Below are positions 46,101-58,644 of a DNA stretch of 64,000 bases, piece after piece (the stretch's first letter is position 1; every line of letters starts with the position of its first letter). The stretch is from Bugula neritina (Eukaryota; Animalia; Bryozoa): contig OZ037766.1 of NCBI GenBank assembly GCA_964035545.1, positions 22,246,767 through 22,310,766 on the forward strand, in the 5' to 3' direction. The notes below the pieces were generated by a model that did not search any database, had not been told where the DNA came from, and was given only the letters and a program-made list of their open reading frames with translations. The translations under genes were made by a program, and so were the position numbers.

Positions 46101-46304
46101 CGAGTAGAAGGCAGCACGTGTGAGAGATAATCTGCATAACTTAATTCATGTAATCTGCATAGAATAAATTTACGTACAAATTTGCTGCATGCATAGTTCA
46201 TCTATCTACAAGCATTTAAGTGACAGCTGTATATACTAGTGTATGTCTATGTATATACATGTGGGTTTATTGTATATAATAAAGCCATATATTATTTTTT
46301 GTAT

Positions 46305-49300
46305 TTAGAGTCCAGATAAGTTTACCGATGTTGTGATGTTGCCGTTTTGTTGCAATGATGGATCCCAACTTTTTACCGCCAAATACTCTGAGCTTAACAT
46401 TTCCTTGCTGTTTGGCGCTAAACCTTTTTGTACTGACGGTTTTTTCACTGTGATCTTTCGAATATTTTCCATGCAACAAAACATTTGCTTTAATTCAAGT
46501 CTAAATCTTCTTCCTGTCACGCAGTAGAGAAAGAAATTAATGGAATGGTTAAGATAAAGTAAAAGAGTTACGATTCCATCTGTTAGCTCCAATTTAGCCA
46601 GCTTATCTGCCTCCACTCTACCATAAGCAAATAAAGATGATTTTTGAAACATCGTAAACACGAAGACTGGAGTTGCGATGACCATGAAATAAATAGTTAT
46701 GGAAAGCAGCATGATAGTCATTGAATTTGCCTGTCTGGAGACGCTGCCAAATGATGCATTGCTCAGTTTCTTTTGCTTTGCTGACTTTTTCAGCTTCCAC
46801 AAGCGCTTTATTATAAATATGTTTAATATCAGCATTACTAGGAATGGGAAGATGCTATACCACAGCATCGACAACCAGCCTTGATGAACATTCCAGAAGT
46901 ATCGTGATTGACTCGATGTGTAGCCACAGTTAACTATACTGCTGTCAGTCTGATTCACATCATTTGGATCTTCCCAGTTCTTACCTCTTGTCCAGAATAC
47001 ATGCATGTTAAAGACAACCTGTATCGATAACAACAGACCTATAATTTTAAAGGCAACTCGTGCTGGCTTTATTAGTCGGTGTTTTGTTGGTCGACAAACT
47101 GCTAGGTATCTCTCAATCGTGATTATGGCCAGCAGCCAGGCCGATGTGTCCAAAGATAAATATAAAACAAACAGTTGGATCTTACAAGATGCTTGTGAAA
47201 GAGTTCTCACATCTACCTGCAAACAAAGAAATTTATAGTTTTTTTAACTGAACAAATTTTTATTTCAGCAAAAGGGTTTAATGATTTTAATTTGATAAAA
47301 AAACGTTAGTTGAACACTTCTCTAACTTAGTGGCCAAAATGAAACCAAATAACATCATTGAATTTATTTTAGGCTGTAAGACCTTACAATTATTGATTGT
47401 AAGTTGAGGCCTTCTGTTCAGACTATCTACTACAGTTGCTAATGTGCAGTGAAACTCTCACTATAACTATGCATGACTGACTACCAATACATCAGTATTC
47501 ATTTCTATTATTGTATAAGTTCAGCTACTGCTTCAGCTACATTTTTGAACAAGTTGTCATGCCTATCAACATGTTGTGCAGGTATACATAAATACAATAA
47601 GATTCCATACACAAGTATTTGTTTGACCTACATCAAAAGATAATGATTATTATAATACATATCATAAAAATATAGCTTAGAAAATAATTTCCGTTGCATA
47701 AGAGTTGAAACAGGTGTTTGAAGTGAAATGTCTTTTTGAATAAAATTTATTGAATGTAAACTCTACGTCTTAATTTTAGTGCACTGTTTAGTTCAAATAG
47801 GCAGTGGCTACTAGTTACACCAACACATACTTCCTATATGTGACTGTACTTCGCAAAATTCTGGATTCAAGAATTGATAACGTTTTTATGAATTGGTACT
47901 TATAGAGGAAAATGCACTACAGCTACTTTGAACCGCTATTATAAAATATTGCAAGCATTTGCTACAATACTACTAGAGCAAGCGCTTGTGGCAATATGCT
48001 GCAGGTGTTACAACTGACATACATTGCTAGTGACAGTCTTAAGCATAACAGGTACTTGAAGCAATATATTACATGCAGTACTTGTTACAATGCATTTTTG
48101 ACAGTTTAATTAATTACAGCACCTGTGATGACACATCATTTAAAGTTCAAAATAGTTTGATTCCTTTTTCTCTGTTATGTAATCAACTATATACTTTTTC
48201 AGCTGTTATTAACGATACTTTTGCTATTTACACTAATATGATAAGGATTTTGTTAAGCCACCACACTACAAGTATTTATGCACATAAATATAATATACAG
48301 TGAAAAGATTATATAACAAACTATTTGCTTGGTAACAATGGTAAGTCTAAATAACATAATATGTTTACGGTTTTTCAATATTATGTAATAGGATTCTACA
48401 AGGGATGAAATGCAGTAGGCTACATTATAATTCATGACACAAGCAGGGTTCGGCTAGTGGTGTATTAGCTGAGGTATTAAACTACTCTGCAATCCAAACA
48501 TCACAGACAAAAGTCTCTGATATGGTTGAATATTCAACTCCTATGCCTGCCATTACAAAACTACATACTCTGTGCACATTTGCTAAACATGTATATCTAT
48601 TAAACTTACTGTTGAATGCTGATTGGCATTAAAAGTAATTATTTGCAAATGTTCATTTGATGAAAAACTTAGTTGAATGTAATTTCTAGCAAGTTGAGTT
48701 ATGCTGGTTAGTTAGAGAAACTTAACACAAGTTTCTGCACTCTTTTACTTCTAACTTCATAAGGCAGTGTTGCTCATCAAACTTAACACAGTTAGTGTCA
48801 GCCATAGAAGGCCACATAACTCTACAGTATAATCTATAGTTGGTATTGTAAGATCAGTTACAGTTAGTACGTGGTAAATTTTGATACAATTTTGGGATGG
48901 GGAATTACAACAGATACTTATATAAGTGATGATGGGTGTATGTAGAGTTCAATGGCGGTGTTTTTCACGCACACAAATATATTTCATTAAAGCAAGTTAA
49001 TGATTTATCCGGAGAAAAGTTTTGTTAGACTTATCTTAACCCAACCCCCTAGTCCATATTTTTCTACTGTGAAATCAATTTTTGTAATTAGATTATGTGC
49101 TAGCTGGAAGCATTTGTGTGTTTGAACCCCAAGTTCAGTTAGTTAATTTGATCCTCATGCTTTAATTGACATAATGAAATGGTAGTAAAACAATTTGCTT
49201 TTGTTATCAGTTTCTATTTGATATAATCTGTGGGTTGTAATATATTGCTATAATAACAAGCTAGAATACTGTATTATGTAATAGGAATAAAAATGTAGCA

Positions 49301-49856
49301 ATTACACTAATTAATTACTTACCTAGCTTTTCCAAAGCCTAAATTAGCTAAATTAATTGAGTAAACACTCCAATTAAATAGTTACTTTACATACTCAGTA
49401 GCATGTGTTGGTGCAGCACAACTTGTAGGTCAGCCACTTTTCAAAGAGTAGTTTTGCTTTAAATACTACAGATTCATTTTTATTACTATATTTATAAAAA
49501 AATTACTTGATTACAAAAAAATTGTTGAGGTAACTATATTCTTAGAAAATCAATAACTTACTTACATCAAAAGCTTTTATAATGAAATGCCGGGATAATC
49601 CAGTTACGCTGCTTACGGAATCACAAATGGCTAATGCCGCAATGAAAATTGCAGTTGCAGTGTTTCTCAACTTTGGTCTCATCATAACCGACAGTGTCAG
49701 TGCGTTTCCTGTTAGGGATATGAAGACGAGTAAAGGACATCCTATAAGTAAGATGTATTTCTCTATCCGACAGTCTATGTATATGGTAGAGCATTCCTGT
49801 AGCTCTGGTAGGAAGTTCTGACCCACTAGAATCCCTTTACCTCTAGAGAATGCCAT
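46305..49856 (-). CDS. Class A (rhodopsin-like) peptide-type GPCR, FMRFamide-receptor/GPR139-like invertebrate group
   Basis: Coding exons 49566-49856 (TM1 GNALTL, TM2 LAICD) and 46305-47216 (TM3 CK...ERYLAVCRP, TM5 PF, TM6 TP, TM7 NHSINFFLYCVTGRRFR); phase-0 GT-AG intron; about 400 aa. Confidence 0.92.
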
Positions 49857-52546
49857 CAGTCTATATTTCTGCACAAACATACACAAAGCACTATAAAACC
49901 TTTGCTCTCTCTTTGCGTGCTAACTCTACCAGGTTACGCTTTGAAATGTAACTGCCCTGTTACTAGTATATAATTATAACTGCCTTAGAGTGACCTTCAT
50001 TTTGATTGGCTTATTGAATAAAAAACCAACAGACATTGGAGAATGCTTTTTTACTTAATTAGCAGCTATCTTGAAAGTGTTTAATGTATATAATGCATGT
50101 GCCGTATAACCTACTATCCTTTGTTTATCCAGTACCACTTGAAATGAAAAATATCCAACGGATAATTGCTAAGGAATGAAATGTTACGTTATGGCTAATT
50201 TATTATAGTAATTTATTGACTACATATATGAGAGGCTGCTTATGTTACATGTACTATACTAAACGTTGTTATGGGCTATAAAACTGATAAATGGAAAAAA
50301 GCAAAGCATATTTATATGTAAAGAGCAATTTGTAGTAGCCACCATTTTATAGTTCATATTTTGCTGCACATAATGCATGTATTTATCAAAAAATATTCAA
50401 CATGAATTATAAGAAATGCACATAAGTTCTTGCAATTCAAACTGCAATAAATTAATTATTCAATTAAATATCTCCCAACAACGAGCTGATACAATGCAAA
50501 TTGCCAGCAACAATGGAACGAGTTAACATGTTTATAGAACAATATCAATTAACAACGAAGTTTGTTAGTTCTTTGAATAAGCAAGTTACAAGGCAAAGTA
50601 TTTCTTACCAGCAAGTATTACTATTTCAGCAAATGAGTAAGTTGTTAGTTTCCTAATTCTTTATAAATACTAGCCTGTATATTGAAACATTATTATATTG
50701 AATAATAGCACACTAGTTATTTCACATCCCAATCATGGCTTTATTTTGAAAAACCCAAAAGTTTAAAAAGTTATTAACAACAACATTTTAATGATTATTT
50801 GATGCAAATCTTTAATAATATAAAAACAATATTGACAGAATTGAACCCACAAACTTGCAATGTTTGGTGCTATATAGCTAATTAAACTATTAACTGGGAG
50901 TTTATTTGAGATTTTGAATGACTAGTGTTGAGTCATAGTTTGTGATTAAGTTTAAAAAGTATGAATTAACAAAAACTGTAATGGATGTAATTTTTGAGTT
51001 TTGAATTGACAGCATTTGAATAAATCATTAATAGCCTTACCGGAACCATTATTAAGGAGTCCTAGGTATAAGAGAGAGTTGCTTTCTATAAATTCATTAG
51101 ATTGTTTCAGAGTAGATGTAAACTGGCAGTATGCACAGCGAATCTAATTATAGAAATGCCAGTCCTTATACTGGTACTCTTTTCAAAGTATATGCCAAAT
51201 TGGACAAGCCTTGTTTCACACAATTTTCTCAGTGAAAATAACTGCTTATATAATGGCAGACAACTCTTGGAATGCTAAGACTGAGCCTGACATCATATGC
51301 TATAATATGTATCTTGTTGGTTAAAGCCAGCAGTTGTAGCAGCATGTATGGTGGTAGTAGGCTCTTAGGTATGCAGATGGGATGTTGTATGAATCATGTT
51401 ATTTGCAGGTGTAAGGAGAGAGCTAACGTCATCGTTTAGCTCAGGGCGTCTTCACAGTATTTTGATGGACTAATATTATTCACGGATTAATAAATATTCA
51501 TGATACATAAATATTAGCACATCTTAATTATTGTTGGTAACTCAAAGCTGCAATATTAATCTATAGAAGTGTAAACATTTCATAGGCTGAGCTACAACTA
51601 TCACTGGTATATTATTACATAAACCAATTAACAGCTAATAGCTATACTAATTTTACTTAATAACTAATAGTACTGCATTATAATGTGATAAATTATTAAA
51701 CTAAGTACAGGCTACTATATTTAGAACTGCAGCAAACTTAGAACGTGATTTAAAAAATTGTAATAAATTTATAAAGTATTAGTTAGGCCAGTAGACTAAC
51801 CATAGGGTAAAAGGTCGTAGGACCAAAGTACCAATTGTGAGTCTAAGAAAGGGTGGTTGGCTGTAATTGCTTCTCGACTTCACACATTATATACTCGTGG
51901 AGCCAAGGCTCTCAGCGTCAGGGTCTTTGCAGGTAAGAACATTGTGCTGATAAACAATGTGCAGGTTTGTTTTTATCAAGAAAGTAATAAACTATTTATG
52001 ACAATGTCAACATAATTAACACTGTTGGTTGCATTACAAAATATTACTATCGGTAGAAACAACAAGCCTTATCCATGCCTTGCACAAACTATTGAATGCT
52101 GTTGTTTAAACAAAAAGATTTCCACATACATATCTACTGGGTGGTTTTGTAGTTTTGAAAAAAATTCACTACTTTTTTGGAAGAGGTTTTTGTCAAAACT
52201 TTCTATAAAAGTTGAGAAAATTAAACTTTTTGTTCTTAAAACCAAAGTCTACATAAAAACTAACAATATAATGTAGCTGTTATGACTTATTTGAATTTTT
52301 TGACAGTTTTTAAACTTATTTTATATTCTAAAACAGGTACATGCTGTTGTGCCAAATGCAGTGCTCCAAGACAATACTAATAGCTGCTCTTTATGAATGA
52401 AGCAACGGGTTAACATTAATCAGAAGTTGAGGTAAAGTTTCTATCTGACATATTGGTCTTAAAACAATTTTTACTTAAAGTCAGAAGTTAGGTAATTCCT
52501 ATATAATAGGTATAATACATAATATAATATTATATAATTATACCTA

Positions 52547-52596
52547 CAATCAACAGTAGACCTTATATAATATAATGTAAGGTCTACTGTGGATTG
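52547..52596. other. Intergenic hairpin with ~21-bp stem
   Basis: caatcaacagtagaccttata-taatataa-tgtaaggtctactgtggattg; perfect 13-bp core acagtagacctta/taaggtctactgt. Confidence 0.75.
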
Positions 52597-53049
52597 GTGC
52601 ATAAATCAATACAATTAAGTACCATACTATATGTAAATATAATACAGCTAGGGGGCAGAATGAATACTTTCTCACACAAGCTTGATCAACGTAAATTCAA
52701 TCATCTTAGGACACTGTAGTTTTACGGAAATTATCAATCAGAACTGCATTATCAGTATCTATTATGGTTATATCCATTGTATATATTTATGCTCATTGGA
52801 TATTGTATCACACGCATGCCTCCCAAGACTGTCACTCATATAGTAGTGTTTGATATAGCTGCATGGCTGTTTACTTGTACATTTTGTGTGTTTTTATGAT
52901 GTAGGTGTGTTATGAAACCTTGTTTGAACAGTACGTTATCTCTAGCAAATATTTGTAAAATGATAAGCGGCTTGTTTGTGAAATAAAAGATTGAAGCTTT
53001 AAATCAAAACATCAAAACTAAGCAAAACAGAAGTTTACATTTTTATATT

Positions 53050-54220
53050 TAAACTGGCCATATTGTTTTCAGGACAAGACAGGACAGGACAGATCGGAAA
53101 TAGGTGAGGATGTGGGAGCATAGAAGAGGATATATTGTTTCCAGCTTGCCAAGTTGTTATGAGCAGTTTATCCTGTAGTACTAGGGGCAGCATTGATTGT
53201 TTATTCAATGGGCTTTTGATAAATTGTTAAGTCTCTATTCCAAGAATTTAGTTTAGCTGTGAAAATGTTGGTGCATTTTGAGTAATAAAAGTGCTTGAGT
53301 TATCAGCAAAGGCTTTAAAATTTTAATTTGCTTGAGATAATTCTCAAAAGAGTTTTTGTCTAATGAGAGTGCTAAATATAAAAACAATAAAACAGAAGGT
53401 ATGATACAATCTGATGTTTTATTAATGAAACAGCTACAAGATATAGAATTATATTGAACACGAATAAGTTGTGTGAACCCTTAGGGGATATGGAAGGAGG
53501 AAATGATTGCAAACAACAGATACCCACAAGAGAGTGTGAATCTTGTATTTTAATATAATATTCCGTTGATAAAGGAACTCTAATATTTAACGAATAGAAA
53601 CAGTCGTACAAAAAGAGAGATATAAACAGTGAGGTCCTATAGGAATAGTGTAGATAGGAAAATAAACTAGACCAGAATGACAGAAACCATACACTATGAG
53701 AAGAAGCTGGTAACATGAGTTGAATGAAATAGAATGAGCAGCCACCAATATTGTATAAAAGCATTGCCCGTATAAGAACATAAGAAAGTGAGACTGACGT
53801 AGCAGCAGAATTAACAGGGACATGTCATTGAGTGATGTTGAAAGATGAGGGTAGATGAAACAGTAATGAAGATACTAGTGAAATACTTAAGATGAGAAGT
53901 GTCTGAGAAAGATGTAGTCGGAAAGGCTGGTATGGCTCAGGTATGTGAGAACAAACAGAGAAAAACATTGACTCATTAGGAAAGCTTTGCGAATGACAGT
54001 CCTGGGAGGGAAGGAAAGATAGTAACCAAAAAGATGGTGGAGTAGCAGCTAATTAGAGATAATAACAGATCAAGAATAGTTGAAAAATTTTTTTACAGGC
54101 CGAAGCAACGGCAACATCAGTAGCAGCAGTAGCAGCAACTGATACATCAGTGGCAGCAGCAGCAGCAGCAGTAGCAGCAATAGCAGCAGTAGCAGCAGAA
54201 GCAGTAGCAGCAACTGATAT
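53050..54220 (+). mobile_element. Heavily decayed RTE-like LINE remnant ending in a (GCA/GTA)n tract
   Basis: Strong purine skew on +. ERLVWLRYVR near 53920-53950 and PKRWW near 54027-54041 resemble the RTE C-terminal motifs RLRWFGHVxR and GRPxxRW. Confidence 0.45.
54103..54218. repeat. (GCA/GTA)n trinucleotide microsatellite
   Basis: gcagcagcagcagcagcagtagcagcaatagcagcagtagcagca. Confidence 0.9.
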
Positions 54221-55515
54221 AAAATTATATCATTTTTAACAGTATAGGGTGTTATAGACCATTACAGATTAACTGCTCTATATATTTATACACACAGTCT
54301 ATACATATTATATTGATGTGTTACATGGTATGTGTGAAAGTATATATACAAATAATGCATATGCCTCTACATCGGCTTTGGCATCAAAATGAACACTTTT
54401 AGTGTACAGTTTGCACAAGCTGCAGTAAGCATTATTAATATATTCAACTCCTAAATATACATTTATATGTATAATAATTATTATATATAAATATTATATA
54501 AATATGTAACTAGGTTGTGGCTTATTCATGAATATTGCAACAATTGGTAATGAGAAATATTGGAATTTATTTCCCCCTTTAGCATGATTATAGAAAAACA
54601 TGCGGGTGAATGATGAATCAATATAGTAGTCCTGTGTTTTCTTAGCCAAAAGTTTTTGTTTAGTGATAGAAATATTTAGTAAAATTTATATTTTAGTTAT
54701 TATTATGAGGTAAAAGATAACACTGGTATGGGCCCACAATAGGCAAGTATATTTCATTTGCTTGGAGTAGCTTACTTGCCTGTTGTTTATAGTTGTTAAC
54801 TTATTCCGATAAGTTCCCAGCCACTACGTTTCCAGGCTTCGCAAGTTAATCCATTAATCCATTCACATAGTGCAAAATAATGAAAATGCAATGAAAAAAT
54901 TTGATTCATTGAAATTCAACAGCTTTTTATATAAGAGCATTCGAACCACCTTATTGTGTTCAGTGCAAACATTTAATTTTTGATATGCTGTAGATTTTAA
55001 AATTTAAATGGGCAGTAAAATAGATCACGGCTTGCCATATGTATAACGTGTTGGTAAAGTAAAGCAAATAATCAAAAGATACGAGCTACTGTTGAAAGTT
55101 GTGACTCAGTTATGTCGGTCTTAATTGAATAGATAACTCCGACAACTTGTAATGAAAGAGAAGACAACTTTCAATATTTGTGTAGATAATATTCATTACA
55201 GCATTGCAAAAAGATTGTTACTCAGTGAAGAATATAATGTTTTCAAGAGGCTATCACTACGTTTCCAAGCTTGCATTATGGGAATGGATTTGTCATTCAA
55301 TGTTTGGTAACCGTTGCATCAAGTGAACCCACAACCTTAAGTTAATGCAAACCGAAATCACAAATTCATCCATTAGCATAATGCAATGGAATAGAAACGC
55401 AGTGTATACAATGATACGGGCAGTAGTTTAATTTTTGCAGTCCTTTCTGTTACATGTTGAAGAAATATGTAGTTTGAATATTCCTTGATTTGAGGCGACT
55501 GCATGGTGTCGATTC

Positions 55516-55733
55516 GGTAAAAATTACACAGGTAAAAATGGCACAAACGGAAAGGTAGGAAAAAGGGGCACATTTTCAATATTGGGGTTTGGGGGTGGGA
55601 GTTTGGGGTCGGGGGTTTGGGTGGGGGGTTTTGAGGTTTGAGTTTGAAGGTGGGGTTTGGGAAAGTTTAACATCAGTGTGCCAATTTTACCTACTTTTTC
55701 ATTTGTGCCACTTTTACCTGTGCTATTTTTGCC
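55516..55733. mobile_element. MITE-like element with 57-bp inverted arms and a G-rich telomere-like core
   Basis: The left arm 55516-55572 matches the reverse complement of 55677-55733 at about 47/57. Arms are built of ggtaaaaatggcaca subrepeats. Core 55583-55661 has many G3-G6 runs (GGGTTT-like). Confidence 0.8.
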
Positions 55734-57233
55734 TAAAATCAAACTGCATAGTTCATTTATTAGTGCTGTTAATTTATTATTATTATTGATTTAGTATATT
55801 ATAATATTGTTATATATTGATAACACAAATATTCTGAGAAATTTACTATGAAATAAGTTGAAAAATTAGGCATATATCAATGCAGGTGTAACCCAAGAGG
55901 ACTTGAAAATTTATACACATTTTAATTGTCTATGCATATTCTAAAGCAGATAAAACTATGTTTAGCTGCAGCACATATTATATTACACTCTAGTAATGAA
56001 GATGATCATATCTTTGTGAGTTTGTTACATGGTGAAGTATACTGTGAATGTGAAGTTTTAATATTTGATGCTCTTAATTATGTAATACTCTATATATCTA
56101 CAAAACAAAATGAAATTTTCTCGGCATATACGGAAACTGTTTGATGGATGCAGGTTATACAACGAGGCAGTATTAGATGTTTTTAGATAAATTTATAGCA
56201 CTATGCAAATATAGAGAAGGATAATGACTCATCGAGATTAAATAAATCAATTCTTGCTGGTGATATGTTTGGACAACTTGAGAAAAATAAAAGACAAGTG
56301 TCATCTTTACCATAGAGGAAAGCATTTTATATTAACCTACATCTTATACAACTAACCTATTTGAATGCATAATTGTAGCATCTTTGTCACAACCAGTGTG
56401 ATGGTTTGAGACATAATCATGGTTGTAATTGCAGCTATTTTCAAGGCATCATCACAACTTAATGTTTACAACATTTGCCTATAATGACTGTGTTTTTAAA
56501 GTAATTAGAACTTTAGCTTTCCTAGATGTGACCATAAAGTTCCACGTTCTACCTGCAGTCTGCTGAACATAAATATTTATAGAAACTAGCAAAAAATAAA
56601 ATAACCGAATGTAGCCTCAAGTTTATAAAACTTGAGAATTTAGGCTAATATATGCTGACACAAGAAATAAGTTTGCCATTAGCATTAGCCATGATTTTGT
56701 TAATTAATTAAACTTTTTAGATTATTTATCTTTCATAACAAAATTGATTTTAATATTTTATAAATGTACTGTAGTTTAACTGTATTATATTTCAATATAG
56801 CTCCATAAACCCTGTGTACAATTTATAAATGATAGAATAGATAGAATAGAAAAATAAAAAATATAACTTAAAGGATTTCTGTTACCCAGCACTTGGGCCT
56901 TCTAAGTAGACTGTATTTGTTCTGCCACTTTTGTGTGTTGAAAAACTATTTTTTACCCCACGGGAAAAAGTAGAGAGACAAAAATTTTTAAAAACTGTGT
57001 CATTGAAGTACATCTTTACACTGAAAGCTAACTTTTAATGCACATACTTCTAAGCTATAACTTTGACAAGCTCAACATTTTCTTACGGCATTAAAAATAC
57101 CAAGTTAACAGTAAAGTAGAAAACTAATGAAATAATAAAATAAAATAAGTTTTTTAAATTGAAATGAACTACCACATTTAATTGTTTTTGACCCATTATA
57201 CCCAAACAGGACAAAGTGGAGATAGGTAAGAAT

Positions 57234-58556
57234 TTAATTGTTACTGAGTAATGACTCAATGTCAAATGGTCTTCGAGGTGACTTTGTTACAGATGAGTGA
57301 GAGTTGGAAGTAATTACATTGGGTGATGAACTGTCAGTATTGTTACACTCCACACTTGGAGGATACTCATTCTCACTGCTGTGAGTATAAGGAGTTGTCT
57401 TCTTATTAAGTAGCTGTTTATAATTTTCAACCCTTTGCTGGGCCCGCCTTCTTCTGAAATCACCTTTCATAAAATCCTCTTTATTCGCTGGGTGAACTGT
57501 CCAATAGTGTCCTTTGCCGCTTGAGCAGCGTCCTGCCTTAATGAAGCAGTCGTTCAGGCTGAGGTTATGGCGGATGCTATTCTTCCATCCCGAACCTCTG
57601 ATTCGGAAGTAAGGATGAGTGTCGATAACAGACTGGTAGATGTCACTGAGCACCATTCTATGATCTGGAGAGTTCAAAATAGCCTTAGCTATCAGACCAA
57701 TGTAGCTGTCACTGGGCTTTGGTTCTTTGAGGAGAACATGAGCAGACAAATTTTGACGATAGGCAGCCTTCGTCACCAGGTTCCGAGCCTCATTTTCAAA
57801 TGTGTTTGTATAGAGACAAGGCTTCAATCCATTTCCTGGTTGAAAAAACTGCTTGTATGAAATATATTTGAGTGGGTCATAAGTTTGACCATCTGTTATG
57901 GACTGGCAATTTAGCGGTGGTAATCTGCAAAACAAATACACCAACATATTTATTTAGTTATTCACAACTGAAAAGCTTAGTTATGTAATTTTGATATATT
58001 AAGCCACTGCTTTATTCTAATTAAATATACACACAATAAATGAGATATTACTCAAATACTAATATATATTCGCTTGAATATTATTTCAAAATATAAAAAG
58101 TCTACCAATTGTTTTGAAATAATAATTGCAATATTTTAATTAAATGGAATTAATAAAATATTCAACAAAAGATGTTTTTTGAGCTGAACTGCAAAAATGA
58201 GACCTTTCATTTATTATTCTATGACTGAGCAAAAATAATTGTTTATGAAAGCAATGCAATTTTATTTTGATAAGAAATTATTTTATTTTAGTCATGAAGT
58301 CACCTCTAAACTACTCAACAAAATTAATAATGCCAGTTTCTTTCTTGACTAATGAATGTTCAAAAACTTTGAACCTGTTTTAAAAAAACCTAGCATGAGA
58401 AAAACAACATTTCAAAAAGCTGTTTTTTACAATTTCTTGAAAATCTTTTTGTCAAATATTCTCCTAAAAACGTTACCTTATTCTATGGTTGGCAGCATTG
58501 GGTACACACATCATTCCAGTAGATATCAGTGGAGTTAGCAGCATTCTGTCCTGCAT
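57234..58556 (-). CDS. FoxQ2: Forkhead box Q2-type transcription factor
   Basis: Exons 58477-58556 (MQDRMLL...HRI, phase 2) and 57234-57924. Forkhead domain KPSDSYIGLIAKAIL...WKNSIRHNLSLNDCFIKAGR...GKGHYWTVHPANKEDFMKGDFRRRRAQ is FoxQ2-diagnostic; C-terminal eh1 motif FDIESLL. Confidence 0.92.
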
Positions 58557-58605
58557 TGTATTCTACTTTCACTTGAATAATAAAACTAGGCACCTCTCTT
58601 ACCAG

Positions 58606-58644
58606 CTTATATAGTATCACTACACACGCTAGAAAAATGATTGG
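58606..58644 (-). promoter_or_regulatory. Candidate TATA and CCAAT boxes of FoxQ2
   Basis: TATATAAG on - at 58613-58606, about 50 bp upstream of the ATG; CCAAT on - at 58644-58640. Confidence 0.45.

Noticed and set aside
50840-50900. tRNA-derived SINE-like GGTTCAATTC on the - strand
   Set aside because: Too degenerate, with no second copy recognisable in the window.
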